Positions 1-9,836 of a DNA stretch of 64,000 nt are shown here, in pieces. Numbering within the stretch: the stretch's first letter is position 1; every line of letters begins with the position of its first letter. A program made the translations under genes and the position numbers. The notes beneath the pieces were generated by a model. It did no database searches and was not told where the DNA came from. It saw nothing but the letters and a program-made list of their open reading frames with translations. The DNA is from Gemmataceae bacterium (lineage in GTDB: Bacteria > Planctomycetota > Planctomycetia > Gemmatales > Gemmataceae), in the NCBI GenBank assembly GCA_046350235.1, contig JAXMAT010000015.1, forward strand, positions 14,171-78,170, in the 5' to 3' direction.

Positions 1-2245
1 TCACGGCGTTTTCGACATCGGCGGTGACCAGGCGGAAGATGAGGTATTGCAGCAGTTTCTTTTCGACTTCCGAGTTCGCTTTCTCGTAATGGAACGAGGT
101 GAAGATCACCGTGCCTTTTCCGAATCCGAACTTCACGAGAAGCGGGGCCGTGTCAGGCACGCCGATGGCATCTTGTTGGTGTCGCTGTTTGCGGTAGTTG
201 CCTTGGACAAGAATGCTCGCGCCTGGACCGCCGAATGCCGCAGTCTTCCAGCGAGGGAGATCGAAATTGAGGAGGATGTGATTGCCCATGACTTCGCGGA
301 GTCCCGGATCGACGACGTCGGCCTGCAATTTCTGTTTCGTGCCGCTGCCTTGAGCTTGGAAGTTGACGCGTTCGGGGAATGCACGAGCGACTGCGTCGAA
401 ACGCCAATCGGAAGCGTAGAGCGTTCCGCCTTGTGCGACGTATTGCTTCAAGACGTCGCTCAGTTCTTCGCCGCCTGGTGCGCAAGTAAGGAATAATACT
501 TGATATCCATCAAGGATTCGGGGATTTTGCAGGATCTCTGGGACGGTGATTTCCTTGTACTGAAAGCCTTCGCCCATCTCGCGAAGCAGTAGGCCCATGT
601 CGTCCCACGCGACGGTTTCCCCTGTTTTCTGCACAAATTCCCGATGCGTGGGAACCATGGCGATCTTGAGCCTTGCCGTCCCTTTGGAACGTGTATCGTC
701 GCGAACGATTTTGACTTCGAGCGTGTTAGGACCGGCCGCCGCCTCGCGTGGCTTTGTCAACAGGTCCACGACAAGGACCATCAGCAACGCGAACGCCAAG
801 GTTCCGCCGACCATGGCATCGAGCAGCCATGACGGCATTCCGCCCGGCTTGCGGTTTACGGCATCTTCGTCGTCCACGAGCACTGGCGTTAGCGGCATCG
901 GAGATGGCGGTGCCGCAGTGATCGCAGTGGGCATCGGCGGCGGCGGCGGCGCGGTCGATGCGAGCGTCGGCGTGAAAATCGGTTCGACAGCGGTGAACGT
1001 CGTTTCCGGCATCGGCGCCCGTGCGGCCGCATATTCCGGCATCGGCGGCGGCGCCTTACGCGAAATCGCGAGCGTTAAAGGCATGGGGAATCGTTGATTA
1101 CCGTTGGCATGCACGACGACGTATGAGGTCAGTGTTTCGCCGGGCCGAATCGGAACTTTCGCTTTCAGAAAGATCGTCGCGGTGCGGCCCGTGGGCTTGC
1201 ATTCGCTTCCGTCGATCCAATCCTGATCCGACGTGGCATATGCGTATACTGGCCGACTTTCGTCGGTGGTCACCTGAATCTCATGCGTGACCGTCGTGCC
1301 CGGATCGCCGCGGAGTTGGATCGACGACGTGGCGCAACGAATCTTCGGCGGCTTGGCGAGGCCGAGGGCTTCGAAGAACTGCTGGATGCCTGCGAGGCCG
1401 GGCATCGAAGGGCCTTGGACGGGGTAGGTCCAGCCGTTTTTGCCGAACCATTTCTTGACGCTGCCGTTCTCGAAAAACGGCATCGCCGCCTTCGGATTCG
1501 CCTTCGCCTTTTCGGCAACTTGGCGAGGCGTGAGCGAGCCCTGCAAGACGCCAGGCTCGGAAAACGGCGTGCAGGGCACCTCGAGTTTTACCGAGACGAC
1601 CACCTGCCCCGCGTTCGTGTCGATCGTAATGCGGCCTTCCAGCGGCTTGAGGCCCGCACGGAGGTTAGCGCCACGAATCGTCACCGGCACATGCATTTCG
1701 GAGTTGAACTGAACAATGCGTTCCGCACGCCCATCGCCGACGACCATCCACGGCACATTCGATGACACAGTGCCGTAGACAAGACGCATGCCGAGGTTTT
1801 CGAGATGCACATCGAGCGTGCGATCGACACCGACCTGCATGAGCCCGAGGTTCAATTCCGTCGGCTGCACGCGGAGTTGCGGTCCTTGCAATGCCTGCGT
1901 TGGGAGTTTTTCGAGCAGCTGATCGAGGCCGCGTTCAAGGTCCGGAAAGTTGGCGGCTTCCTTCGCCGCGAACGCTAAGTCGGCCCGGCCCATGTTGCGG
2001 AAGAAGGGGAGGAACGTACCTTCTTTCAAATGGTCGACAGCCTTCTTCCAATTTGATTGGCAGGCGAGAGCGAGCTGATCGAAATTGTTGCAGGACATCG
2101 CGAGGTCGAAAACGAACGGCGCAGGGAAGGGGACTTGTCCGGGATTCAGCGGCCCTTTCGATCCGCCAAGCGGCGCACCATCGAACCAGCAGAACTGGGC
2201 CTGCTCTGGCTGATTTCGCGAACACTGCCTGCACACTAGGCTCAT
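1..2245 (-). CDS. Partial membrane protein (3' end runs off the window): N-terminal zinc ribbon, beta-rich modules, Pro-rich linker, one TM helix, C-terminal ThuA/class-I glutamine-amidotransferase-like domain
   Basis: Missing from the ORF track because it has no stop codon in the window. My translation of the minus strand from ATG 2245 stays open down to base 2. It begins MSLVCRQCSRNQPEQAQFCWFDG, has a TM helix 'WLLDAMVGGTLAFALLMVLVV', and ends with 'YQVLFLTCAPGG..GTLYASDW..GKGTVIFTSFHYE'. The + strand ORFs listed here are short antisense artefacts. Confidence 0.6.
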   Translation of the reverse strand, partial: MSLVCRQCSRNQPEQAQFCWFDGAPLGGSKGPLNPGQVPFPAPFVFDLAMSCNNFDQLALACQSNWKKAVDHLKEGTFLPFFRNMGRADLAFAAKEAANFPDLERGLDQLLEKLPTQALQGPQLRVQPTELNLGLMQVGVDRTLDVHLENLGMRLVYGTVSSNVPWMVVGDGRAERIVQFNSEMHVPVTIRGANLRAGLKPLEGRITIDTNAGQVVVSVKLEVPCTPFSEPGVLQGSLTPRQVAEKAKANPKAAMPFFENGSVKKWFGKNGWTYPVQGPSMPGLAGIQQFFEALGLAKPPKIRCATSSIQLRGDPGTTVTHEIQVTTDESRPVYAYATSDQDWIDGSECKPTGRTATIFLKAKVPIRPGETLTSYVVVHANGNQRFPMPLTLAISRKAPPPMPEYAAARAPMPETTFTAVEPIFTPTLASTAPPPPPMPTAITAAPPSPMPLTPVLVDDEDAVNRKPGGMPSWLLDAMVGGTLAFALLMVLVVDLLTKPREAAAGPNTLEVKIVRDDTRSKGTARLKIAMVPTHREFVQKTGETVAWDDMGLLLREMGEGFQYKEITVPEILQNPRILDGYQVLFLTCAPGGEELSDVLKQYVAQGGTLYASDWRFDAVARAFPERVNFQAQGSGTKQKLQADVVDPGLREVMGNHILLNFDLPRWKTAAFGGPGASILVQGNYRKQRHQQDAIGVPDTAPLLVKFGFGKGTVIFTSFHYEKANSEVEKKLLQYLIFRLVTADVENAV

Positions 2246-2256
2246 GAGCGAACCCT

Positions 2257-2344
2257 AAGCCCCACCGTAAGCGCAGCGCACGGTGAGAATCCAGACGACC
2301 GGCGCGAGTGATCCCCGCCGTGCGCTGCGCTTACGGCGGGGCTT
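2257..2344. repeat. REP-like inverted-repeat pair, family 1 (core GCCCCACCGTAAGCGCAGCGCACGGTGGGGAT)
   Basis: Arm AAGCCCCACCGTAAGCGCAGCGCACGGTGAGAAT (2257-2290) faces its near-perfect reverse complement (2311-2344) across a 20 nt spacer. Each arm is also an internal hairpin (CCACCGT..ACGGTGG). Intergenic. The same core recurs at 3890-3966 and 19915-19948. Confidence 0.75.
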
Positions 2345-2377
2345 GGCATGCTTTCCTGATTCCAACCGGCTTGTCGC

Positions 2378-3325
2378 CTACGAACGTGACCCCATCGGCA
2401 ACGGCGGCGGGCCCGCGGCTGTCGCTTGACTGAGGTCGCGGCGCGAGCGTTTGTCTCCAGCCGTCGCTTGCCGATACGTTTCGCGGAACTGCACCTTGTT
2501 GACGCCGAACTGGATCACGTCGCCGTCGGCGAGCGTCGTCGGTTGCATAATGCGTTCGCCGTTGATCGTGGTGCCGGTGCGCGATTGGTTGTCCTCGACG
2601 GTGAACGATCCATCCTTCTCTTTGCGGATGCGAAGGTGGAGCGGTTCGACGCCGCGAGCGCCCATGGCGATGAAGATGAGGTCCGATTTTTCGGAAGTTC
2701 CCATCGCGATCTCCTTCGTGCCGAGGATCAGCTGCCTGCCGGGGCGAAAGCCTTCTTGCACCGTAAGCCAGGCATCTTTGAGAATGACTTGAACGAGGCC
2801 GATGAAGAGTCCGATGAACATGCCGAGGATGACGAAACCAAACGCTCGGCTCGACATCGGACTGCCGAAAACTCTGCTAATCGGAATGAAGAGCAGCCCC
2901 CCCAACAGTCCGCCCAGCGCACCGCCGATGAGGCCGTTGCGGATTTTGCGAACCGATTGATCGACGATGCCTTCCACGGCGCCGATGGCCGTCCCCATGA
3001 TGGTCCAGCCAAGGATGAGGCCGATCGAGCCCATGAGGTACGTCAGGCCGTTGCCGACGAGACTGCCGAGAAATCCCGCGACGAAACCACCGAGCAAGCC
3101 GGGGCCGCCGCGGACGAGGATCATGCTCCAGCGGAAGGCGAGCAAACCGGAAACCATGGCAATGCCGGCGCCGAGAAAGCAGGCGACAAGGCTCGCCATG
3201 AGGACAGCGAGCATCGCACTCTGGTGGATCCATCGACCCATCAGGATCTCGGCGATCAGCCAGCCGACGAACGCCGACCAACCGCCGATTATGGCGCTCC
3301 AATAGATGAGCCGCAGGAACGACAC
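2378..3325 (-). CDS. Polytopic membrane protein with C-terminal FHA domain
   Basis: 315 aa ORF with a GTG start. About 6 hydrophobic Gly-rich helices are followed by 'LHLRIRKEKDGSFTVEDNQSRTGTTINGERI..LADGDVIQFG', a typical FHA pattern. Confidence 0.8.
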   Translation of the reverse strand: MSFLRLIYWSAIIGGWSAFVGWLIAEILMGRWIHQSAMLAVLMASLVACFLGAGIAMVSGLLAFRWSMILVRGGPGLLGGFVAGFLGSLVGNGLTYLMGSIGLILGWTIMGTAIGAVEGIVDQSVRKIRNGLIGGALGGLLGGLLFIPISRVFGSPMSSRAFGFVILGMFIGLFIGLVQVILKDAWLTVQEGFRPGRQLILGTKEIAMGTSEKSDLIFIAMGARGVEPLHLRIRKEKDGSFTVEDNQSRTGTTINGERIMQPTTLADGDVIQFGVNKVQFRETYRQATAGDKRSRRDLSQATAAGPPPLPMGSRS

Positions 3326-3454
3326 GCGAAAATCCTCGGGAGAGATCTCGGGGACACACAGGGATTCTACTCAACGGACGAAAAGCATCCCAAACGAAAT
3401 CGCGTGCAAATCGCCGCCGTTGCGAGAGTGGGGCGCGGGCGATAGATTGACGGC

Positions 3455-3874
3455 ATGAGTCGCAAGAATCCCAAGACGGCCGTCGTCGCGTTCAAAGTCG
3501 AAGAGGAATTGGCCGAGTTCCTCAATAAACTGCCGAACAAAAGCGCTTTTATCCGCAAAGCAATCGCCGCCCAAATGAGCATGGCGTGTCCCCTCTGCAA
3601 CGGCTCCGGGCAGGTCAGCCGTTGGATGCACGATCACTACGCGCCCTTGATCGCATCGTGGAACGAGAAGAAATGCGACGGCTGCGGCGACGACCTGCAT
3701 CTGCCGCGTGATGCTGGCGATCTTTCCCCCGTCGACCAATCCCGCCTGGAGCAACATTTCCACGGCGGCCCGCTTTATTGCGACCCGTGCTTCGGCAAAG
3801 CCCCCCCATGCAGCGACTGCGGCTGGCACATCGACGCGGAACACGCGGACGAACACACCCATCGCCACGCGTAA
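3455..3874 (+). CDS. Ribbon-helix-helix (CopG-like) protein with Cys-rich zinc-binding C-terminal half
   Basis: 139 aa. The N-terminus 'VVAFKVEEELAEFLNKLPNKSAFIRKAIAAQ' is RHH-like. CPLC, CDGC, CDPC and CSDC pairs follow. ATG start, TAA stop. Confidence 0.6.
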   Translation: MSRKNPKTAVVAFKVEEELAEFLNKLPNKSAFIRKAIAAQMSMACPLCNGSGQVSRWMHDHYAPLIASWNEKKCDGCGDDLHLPRDAGDLSPVDQSRLEQHFHGGPLYCDPCFGKAPPCSDCGWHIDAEHADEHTHRHA

Positions 3875-3889
3875 GTTGGAACATGGATC

Positions 3890-3966
3890 AAGCCCCACCG
3901 TAAGCGCGCCGGTGGGGATAGATCAGCACACTCCAATCCCCACCGTGCTGCGGCTTACGGTGGGGC
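3890..3966. repeat. REP-like inverted-repeat pair, family 1
   Basis: AAGCCCCACCGTAAGCGCGCCGGTGGGGAT (3890-3919) and the inverted copy ATCCCCACCGTGCTGCGGCTTACGGTGGGGC (3936-3966). Intergenic. Confidence 0.7.
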
Positions 3967-3995
3967 ATCGCGGACGGCGCCACGCGGGATCACTT

Positions 3996-4991
3996 ATGCC
4001 GGTCGATTTGTCGCAAACCCTGGTCGTCGGTGTATCGTCGCGGGCGCTGTTCGACATGGAAGAGGCGAATCGCATCTATGAGACGAAGGGCGTGCAGGCG
4101 TATGCCCAATATCAGATGGAACATGTTGATGAGATCCTTCCGCCTGGTGCGGGCTTCGCGCTGGTTCAGGCGTTGCTCCACCTCAATTTGCAGGCCGCAA
4201 GTCGCAAGCCACGCAAGGGGGTGCCGATTCGGAAGGCTGAAGTGGTTGTCATGTCGCGCAACGACCCGGCCACCAGTTTGCGGATGTTTCAATCGATCAA
4301 GCATTACGGGCTCGACATCCGCAGGGCCGCGCTTTCCGGCGGCAGAGCGCTGACTCCGTATCTTCGGGCATTCGATGTCGATCTGTTTTTGACGAGTTCG
4401 GAAGACGACGTGAAGTCGGCTCTCGCCGCGGGATTCGCGGCAGGCCTTATTGTGGGTGGGCCGAATGTGCAGGGACGGAAGGAGCGAATCGATCCGATTC
4501 GCATTGCGTTCGATGCCGATGCGGTGGTGTTTTCCGATGAAGCGGAGCGCATTTATCAGGAATTTGGTTTGGAAGCGTTCCTGCAACATGAGGAACAGAA
4601 CGCCCGTCAACCGTTGCCGGAAGGACCGTTCGCAAAATTGCTGCGAACGCTCTCCGCGCTGCAGAAGGATGAAGAATTCGACGAACGCCCCGTCCGCCTC
4701 GCGCTAGTCACCGCGCGCAACATGCCCGCACACGAGCGCGTGATCCGCACACTCCTTGCGTGGGAAGTGCATATCGACGAGGCGTTCTTCATGGGCGGCG
4801 TCGAGAAGACGAAGGTGCTGGAAGCATTCAGCCCGCACATCTTTTTCGACGATCAAGACGTTCATGTCGGCCCTGCGTCATCAGTCGTTCCGACCGCCAA
4901 GGTGCCGAACGAACTTACGTCGCCAAAAGCGAAGACCGCTGCCCGGCAGTCTTCGCGTCCCAAACAGAAGCCCAAGCGGACTCTTCGGTAA
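3996..4991 (+). CDS. 5'-nucleotidase family protein (bacterial cytosolic 5'-nucleotidase-like)
   Basis: I chose the internal ATG at 3996 (MPVDLSQTLVVGVSSRALFDMEEANRIYETKGVQAYAQYQ...FFDDQDVH). The track's start at 3708 overlaps the upstream gene and the REP element, and translates as low-complexity sequence. Confidence 0.7.
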   Translation: MPVDLSQTLVVGVSSRALFDMEEANRIYETKGVQAYAQYQMEHVDEILPPGAGFALVQALLHLNLQAASRKPRKGVPIRKAEVVVMSRNDPATSLRMFQSIKHYGLDIRRAALSGGRALTPYLRAFDVDLFLTSSEDDVKSALAAGFAAGLIVGGPNVQGRKERIDPIRIAFDADAVVFSDEAERIYQEFGLEAFLQHEEQNARQPLPEGPFAKLLRTLSALQKDEEFDERPVRLALVTARNMPAHERVIRTLLAWEVHIDEAFFMGGVEKTKVLEAFSPHIFFDDQDVHVGPASSVVPTAKVPNELTSPKAKTAARQSSRPKQKPKRTLR

Positions 4992-4998
4992 CGAGCCA

Positions 4999-5358
4999 TT
5001 AGTACCAGCGGGAATAGTAGTATCCCGACGTGCTCGGGTACGTGTAGCCAGCGTACGGCATGGGGTAGGTGTAGGGGGTGTAGTACTGATAGGTGGGCGT
5101 CTGGTAGTAGCTGCCGGAGTAATTGCTCCAAGCGGGCGAGTAGACGTTCCAACCGGGCGAGTACGTGTTCCATCCTGGCGAATACGTGTTCCAGCCTGGC
5201 GACGTGTAGTAGTTCGAGACATACGGCGTCGTGTACGGCGGAGCGTTATAGACGTTGTAGCGTCGGCCGAAATATTGAGCGCTGCTCTCGGCGGGGAAGG
5301 CCGCGATCGTCGCGCAAGCGGCAAGGGCAGCGGGAGCGAGGAACGATGTGCTTTTCAT
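4999..5358 (-). CDS. Small secreted Tyr/Pro/Trp-rich repeat protein
   Basis: 119 aa. Signal peptide MKSTSFLAPAALAACATIAAFPAESSA. The mature part is about one-quarter Tyr, with three 'SPGWN(T/V)Y' repeats. Confidence 0.6.
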   Translation of the reverse strand: MKSTSFLAPAALAACATIAAFPAESSAQYFGRRYNVYNAPPYTTPYVSNYYTSPGWNTYSPGWNTYSPGWNVYSPAWSNYSGSYYQTPTYQYYTPYTYPMPYAGYTYPSTSGYYYSRWY

Positions 5359-5602
5359 GAGTTGCCACCTCTTGAGAATCCTTGTCGTGACGACGGCGAT
5401 TGAGCCGTCGCGAGTGAAGTAAGCTGCAAGGAGCGTTCCACTGCATGCGAAAGAACATGGACGTTTCGCGTCCGTACGCGCAAGTCAGAACGGCGTAGAT
5501 CATCGCAAATTCCTTTCGCAGGCGATGTTCTCGCCATGTAAACTGGGAATCGGATCGGTTAGAATTCGGGAAACTCTCCACGATCGGCGACGCAGCAGGT
5601 AG

Positions 5603-7063
5603 ATGATGATGCGCGATATGTTGCAATTCGCCCCATTCAGCCGACGGCAGTTTCTGTCCACCACCGGCGGCGGCGTGGGCCTCGCCGCGCTTGCATCGCT
5701 GTTGAATGCCGATGGCGTTAGCGCCCAAGAGCGCCGCGGCGAAGCGGGCCTCCCAGGTCTGCCGCACTTCGCGCCGAAAGCGAAACGCGTCGTTGTCCTC
5801 TGGCAAGGCGGTGGCCCGTCGCATGTCGATCTCTTCGACGACAAGCCGATGCTTCGCCGGATGGCGGGGCAAGATATTCCTGGCTCCGTTCGTGGTAGTA
5901 CCCGCCTTTCGACCATGTCGAGCGGCTATGCGAAATGGCCCTGCGTCCCCGCCATCAAACCGCATCGCCGCTACGGCAACAGCGGCATTTCGCTCAGCAC
6001 TATGCTGCCGAACGTCGGCGGCATCGCGGACGACATCTGCTTCGTCCGCAGCATGAACACCGAAGCGGTGAATCACGCGCCGGGCGTCACGTTCTTCATG
6101 ACCGGCGCCCAAGTCCCTGGCCGACCCAGCCTCGGCGCCTGGCTGTCGTATGGCCTCGGCAGCGAAACCGACAACCTGCCAAGCTTCGTCGTCATGACGT
6201 CAAGCGACCGCGGGCGAACCTGCGGCCAACTTTTCTTCGATTATTATTGGGGTTCGGGATTTCTGCCGAGCCGCTATCAGGGCGTGCGTTTCCGCAATAC
6301 GGGCGATCTGGTGCCGTACCTTGCCAATCCGCAAGGCGTCAGCCCCGAATCGCGGCGTGCGTTGCTCGACGACATCAGCGCGATGAATGCCGCCCGCCTC
6401 GCGGAGACGGGCGATCCGGAGATCGAAACGCGCATCGCTCAGTATGAGATGGCGTTTCGCATGCAGACGAGCGTGCCGGACTTGGTGGACTTCTCGAACG
6501 AAACTCGCCGCACGCTGAATCGATACGGTCCCGATGCACTGTCGAAGGGAACGTTCGCCAACAACTGCCTCGTCGCACGCCGGCTTTTGGAACGCGGCGT
6601 GCGCTTCGTGCAACTGATGCATTCCGGCTGGGATCAGCACAGCAACCTGTTCACCCAGCTTGAAGCACAATGTCAGGACACCGAAGGCCCTGCCGCTGCC
6701 CTCGTCCTCGACCTGAAGGAACGCGGTCTGCTCGACGACACGCTCGTCATCTGGGCCTGCGAATTCGGCCGAACGCCATTCGGCCAGGGCGATCCCGCGG
6801 CGCCGCGAGGCCGCGATCATTTCGGCCGAGCCTTCACATGGTGGCTCGCTGGCGGCGGCGTGAAGCCCGGCATGACCTACGGCGAAACCGATGACTTTGG
6901 CTGGAACATCACCGCCGACGCCGTCCATGTCCATGACATGCAGGCTACGATCCTTCACTTGTGCGGCATCGATCACACCCGCCTCACCTTCCGCTACCAG
7001 GGCCGACAATATCGCCTGACGGATGTGCATGGCGAAGTCGTCCACGGCATCTGCAAGGGCTGA
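5603..7063 (+). CDS. DUF1501 domain protein (sulfatase-fold, Tat-exported)
   Basis: 486 aa. Twin-arginine leader 'FSRRQFLSTTGGGVGLAALASLL'. Family-typical stretches 'VVVLWQGGGPSHVDLFDDKP' and 'GRDH..AF'. Confidence 0.9.
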   Translation: MMMRDMLQFAPFSRRQFLSTTGGGVGLAALASLLNADGVSAQERRGEAGLPGLPHFAPKAKRVVVLWQGGGPSHVDLFDDKPMLRRMAGQDIPGSVRGSTRLSTMSSGYAKWPCVPAIKPHRRYGNSGISLSTMLPNVGGIADDICFVRSMNTEAVNHAPGVTFFMTGAQVPGRPSLGAWLSYGLGSETDNLPSFVVMTSSDRGRTCGQLFFDYYWGSGFLPSRYQGVRFRNTGDLVPYLANPQGVSPESRRALLDDISAMNAARLAETGDPEIETRIAQYEMAFRMQTSVPDLVDFSNETRRTLNRYGPDALSKGTFANNCLVARRLLERGVRFVQLMHSGWDQHSNLFTQLEAQCQDTEGPAAALVLDLKERGLLDDTLVIWACEFGRTPFGQGDPAAPRGRDHFGRAFTWWLAGGGVKPGMTYGETDDFGWNITADAVHVHDMQATILHLCGIDHTRLTFRYQGRQYRLTDVHGEVVHGICKG

Positions 7064-7204
7064 TGCCGGCGAATGACGGATGCTCCAAGCGTAGCGATAC
7101 TCGTCCGCCGCCTTTTCTTGTTCGGTCGCTCGGCGGGCGAGGAATCGTTCATGCATCTGATATGGTGAGGTGTCGTTCGCTCACCTTTTGAGAACGGATG
7201 CGCC

Positions 7205-8525
7205 GTGAGGATCGAAATCCCCTGCGACTGCGGAGCACGCATTTCGGCATCGCCCAACCAAGCGGGAAACACCGTCGCCTGCCAGGCCTGCGGTGAATCG
7301 CGCCGTGTGCCGGCGATGGGTGTGTTGGAACCGCCGCGCGGCTCGGCGAATTCGACCTCCGTACCCGCAATGCGGCGTTTGGTTTCCGTTCCCGCGTTGG
7401 CGTCAGCATGCGTCCTTGGCGTAGTAGCCGCAATCGGCGTCTACGCATTTACTCGCCCAAGCGAACCCACGAAGACGGCGGCGAAGATCGTTGCGCGGCA
7501 GGCCGAAGCGCCAATCGTTCAACGCAATGAACCGCCTCCGGAACGGACAACGGAACCAAATCTGCCCGCAATCGATCCGACCCGAAGCGAACCGAATCGG
7601 CCGGAAACTCCCGTCATTGTTCCCGTCGAAGTGCCCGCCAAGCCGTTGATTCCGAAGACGGCCGCGGAACCGGAGGCGAAGAAGGTCATCCTGCCTGTCG
7701 TGCCGAAACCGGCTTTGCCGGCGATTCCTGCCCCCGCTGTGCAGCGGAATCGCAAGGTCGAGCAAGAGATCATCGTCACCCAAAAGCCGGCGTATCGCAT
7801 CCAGGGAAGCGTGGTGCGATCGCTGTTGCAATACCGCATCGTATCGGACCTCGAATTCATCGAAAAACAAGGCGAAGCGATGGCGTTGGAACAGACCGCG
7901 AAGGACGCCAAGATTGTGCAAGCCGATGACCTGACGCGCGGATTGCTGGCCGAATCCGTGAAGCAATTGAACGGCAAGAAGTTCAACTGGCGCATCGACG
8001 ACAACGGGCTCGCGACAAGAATCGTTGGCGACGGCAACAAGCTGCAAGTGCTGGCTCAGGGCGGTCTAGGCGGGGCCTCGCTGCAACTCGCTTCGTTGCT
8101 CGACGACGACACTGGCACGCGAACTCACTCAAATCGCCGCAATGAAGTTGCCCGCGAATCTCCAAAAAGGACAAACCTGGTCCCGTCCGCTCACGCATCA
8201 ATGGGGCCCGCTCGGAAGCTGGCGCGGGCAGGTGAATTACCGATGCGACGAGACGCTGAACGGCGTGCGACAAAGATCGTTTGCGAGGCAAATGGTCTAT
8301 CAGCCTCCCGCCGTCGCCGCGAACGGCCTCGGTTTCCGCGTCGTCGGCGCCGCCTTCCGCACGCCTCTCGCTGCAGGAATCATCTACTACGACGTGGCGA
8401 AGGGGCGTGTCAGAGGTGCAGAGGAAACCTTCCGCGTAGCGGGCGCCATGCAGATGAGTCTGCTGAGTCTGCAAACGCCCGTCGAGATCGAGGAAGAACA
8501 GCACTTCCGCATGACCATTCGGTGA
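7205..8525 (+). pseudogene. Zinc-ribbon / single-TM / Pro-rich protein interrupted by a frameshift near 8105-8115
   Basis: The 7205 frame reads sensibly up to '...LQLASLLDDD' and then turns into Arg-rich nonsense. The 8142 frame is open from 8070 and continues plausibly ('LARELTQIAAMKLPANLQKGQTW...EEEQHFRMTIR'). A 1-nt indel joins the two. Confidence 0.55.
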
Positions 8526-8560
8526 CGCGTCATGCACGCCGGCCTGATGGTTCACGTTGT

Positions 8561-9040
8561 CTAAGGCATCGGCTGACGTTGCGGCATCGGCGTCTTTTTC
8601 TGCGGCAGGAACTGACGTAGGATCGGCAGCTTGTCGAGGTCTTTCGGCAATGCTCCGCCGTAATTTTGGCCGCAAGTGGTGGCTCCCCTTTTCGGGAGGG
8701 CGACGGACTTCTCCGGGCTTTTCTCGACGGCAATGCGGTAGCGGTGCAGTTCCGTCGCATCTTTGTCGAACGCGAGTTTTACCTGAAACTCATGCGTGCC
8801 CACCTGCTCCGCATTGGGCGTCCATTGCAGCTGACCCTCGCGGCTGATCGTCATGCCGGTCGGGGCCTTCACCATCGTGAATGTGCCGCGCCGGCCCATG
8901 GCGAGGTCGAAGGCGAAACGCTGGCCGGCCTTGGCAGTCACCGTTAGCGTCGAACCAGGGGGCAGCGGGTTCGATATTTCCTGCTGGGCGAAGGCCAAAG
9001 ACGAGAGGGCGAAGCACATTCCAAGGATCGCGTAGCGCAT
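8561..9040 (-). CDS. Secreted Ig-like domain protein
   Basis: Start at internal ATG 9040 (MRYAILGMCFALSSLAFAQQ, signal peptide). One beta-sandwich-like domain ('GQLQWTPNAEQVGTHEFQVKLAFD'). Confidence 0.6.
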   Translation of the reverse strand: MRYAILGMCFALSSLAFAQQEISNPLPPGSTLTVTAKAGQRFAFDLAMGRRGTFTMVKAPTGMTISREGQLQWTPNAEQVGTHEFQVKLAFDKDATELHRYRIAVEKSPEKSVALPKRGATTCGQNYGGALPKDLDKLPILRQFLPQKKTPMPQRQPMP

Positions 9041-9059
9041 GGCATCCTCGCAGAGCGGG

Positions 9060-9515
9060 CTAGCGTTTGCGTTTCTTCTTGGGCGATTCTTCGGGGTACA
9101 CATCGGGCAATTCGTTGCGCTGAATGCCGACGGACGGTTCTTCGTCCGAGTCCTCGCCGTCTACCATGCCGTCGAGAGCATCCGCTCCCATCGTCCGCTC
9201 GTTGGCGTCGATGATCGGCGCCTCGCGCGGGCCGATGTGCACCTGATAGTGGCAGTTGGCGAAGCTCACCTTGTCGTTGGGAAGCAACGCGGCTCGGCGG
9301 ACGCGGGTGCCGTTGACGCGGGTGCCGTTGGTGCTGCCCAGATCTCGCAGCACAAGAAGGCCATCGGTTTTGACGAGGACGCAATGGGCTTTCGACACGC
9401 TCTTGTGGTCGAGGCGGAGGTCGCATTCCTCTTGGCGTCCGACGACGACCATGTCCTTGCCGACCTCGAACGGATCGCCTCCGTCGAGGGGGACCAGGGC
9501 CATGCGGAGGTTCAT
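9060..9515 (-). CDS. FHA domain protein
   Basis: 'VVVGRQEECDLRLDHKSVSKAHCVLVKTDGLLVLRDLGSTNGTRVNGTRV', with an acidic/basic tail. I prefer ATG 9515; the track's TTG start at 9572 is also possible. Confidence 0.8.
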   Translation of the reverse strand: MNLRMALVPLDGGDPFEVGKDMVVVGRQEECDLRLDHKSVSKAHCVLVKTDGLLVLRDLGSTNGTRVNGTRVRRAALLPNDKVSFANCHYQVHIGPREAPIIDANERTMGADALDGMVDGEDSDEEPSVGIQRNELPDVYPEESPKKKRKR

Positions 9516-9591
9516 GCGGAGAGCCTCGGAGAGAATGCGCCGGATGCTCGCTATTTCATCACAAGAAATCAAACCACGCTACCGCAACACG

Positions 9592-9726
9592 TCACTTGTC
9601 GAGCTTTGGGGCAGGCAGATTCAGGGCGACGATGATCCCGCCGACCATGAGCAACAACGCCCCCACGATGAGCACGATCGCCCAGGGGAAACCAGTTTTC
9701 GGCGGGGACGTGGGATCGTTGCTCAT
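9592..9726 (-). CDS. Small single-TM protein
   Basis: 44 aa from ATG 9726: MSNDPTSPPKTGFPWAIVLIVGALLLMVGGIIVALNLPAPKLDK. It sits directly upstream of the FHA gene on the same strand. Support is weak because the ORF is short. Confidence 0.35.
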   Translation of the reverse strand: MSNDPTSPPKTGFPWAIVLIVGALLLMVGGIIVALNLPAPKLDK

Positions 9727-9836
9727 GGGTGATGACAACCAAGCCCAGGGGCGACCGGAGGGAGCCCCTGGGATTCGACTGGACACTTCTTATCCCAGGG
9801 GCTCGCTGCGCTCGCCCCTGGGCTTGGGGGCTCCGA

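Noticed and set aside
3708-4991. The long 5' extensions given by the track for the 5'-nucleotidase (3708), Hsp70 (31604), 12515, 48770 and 62104 starts.
   Set aside because: The extensions overlap upstream genes or REP elements and translate as low-complexity sequence. Internal ATGs give N-termini typical of the families.
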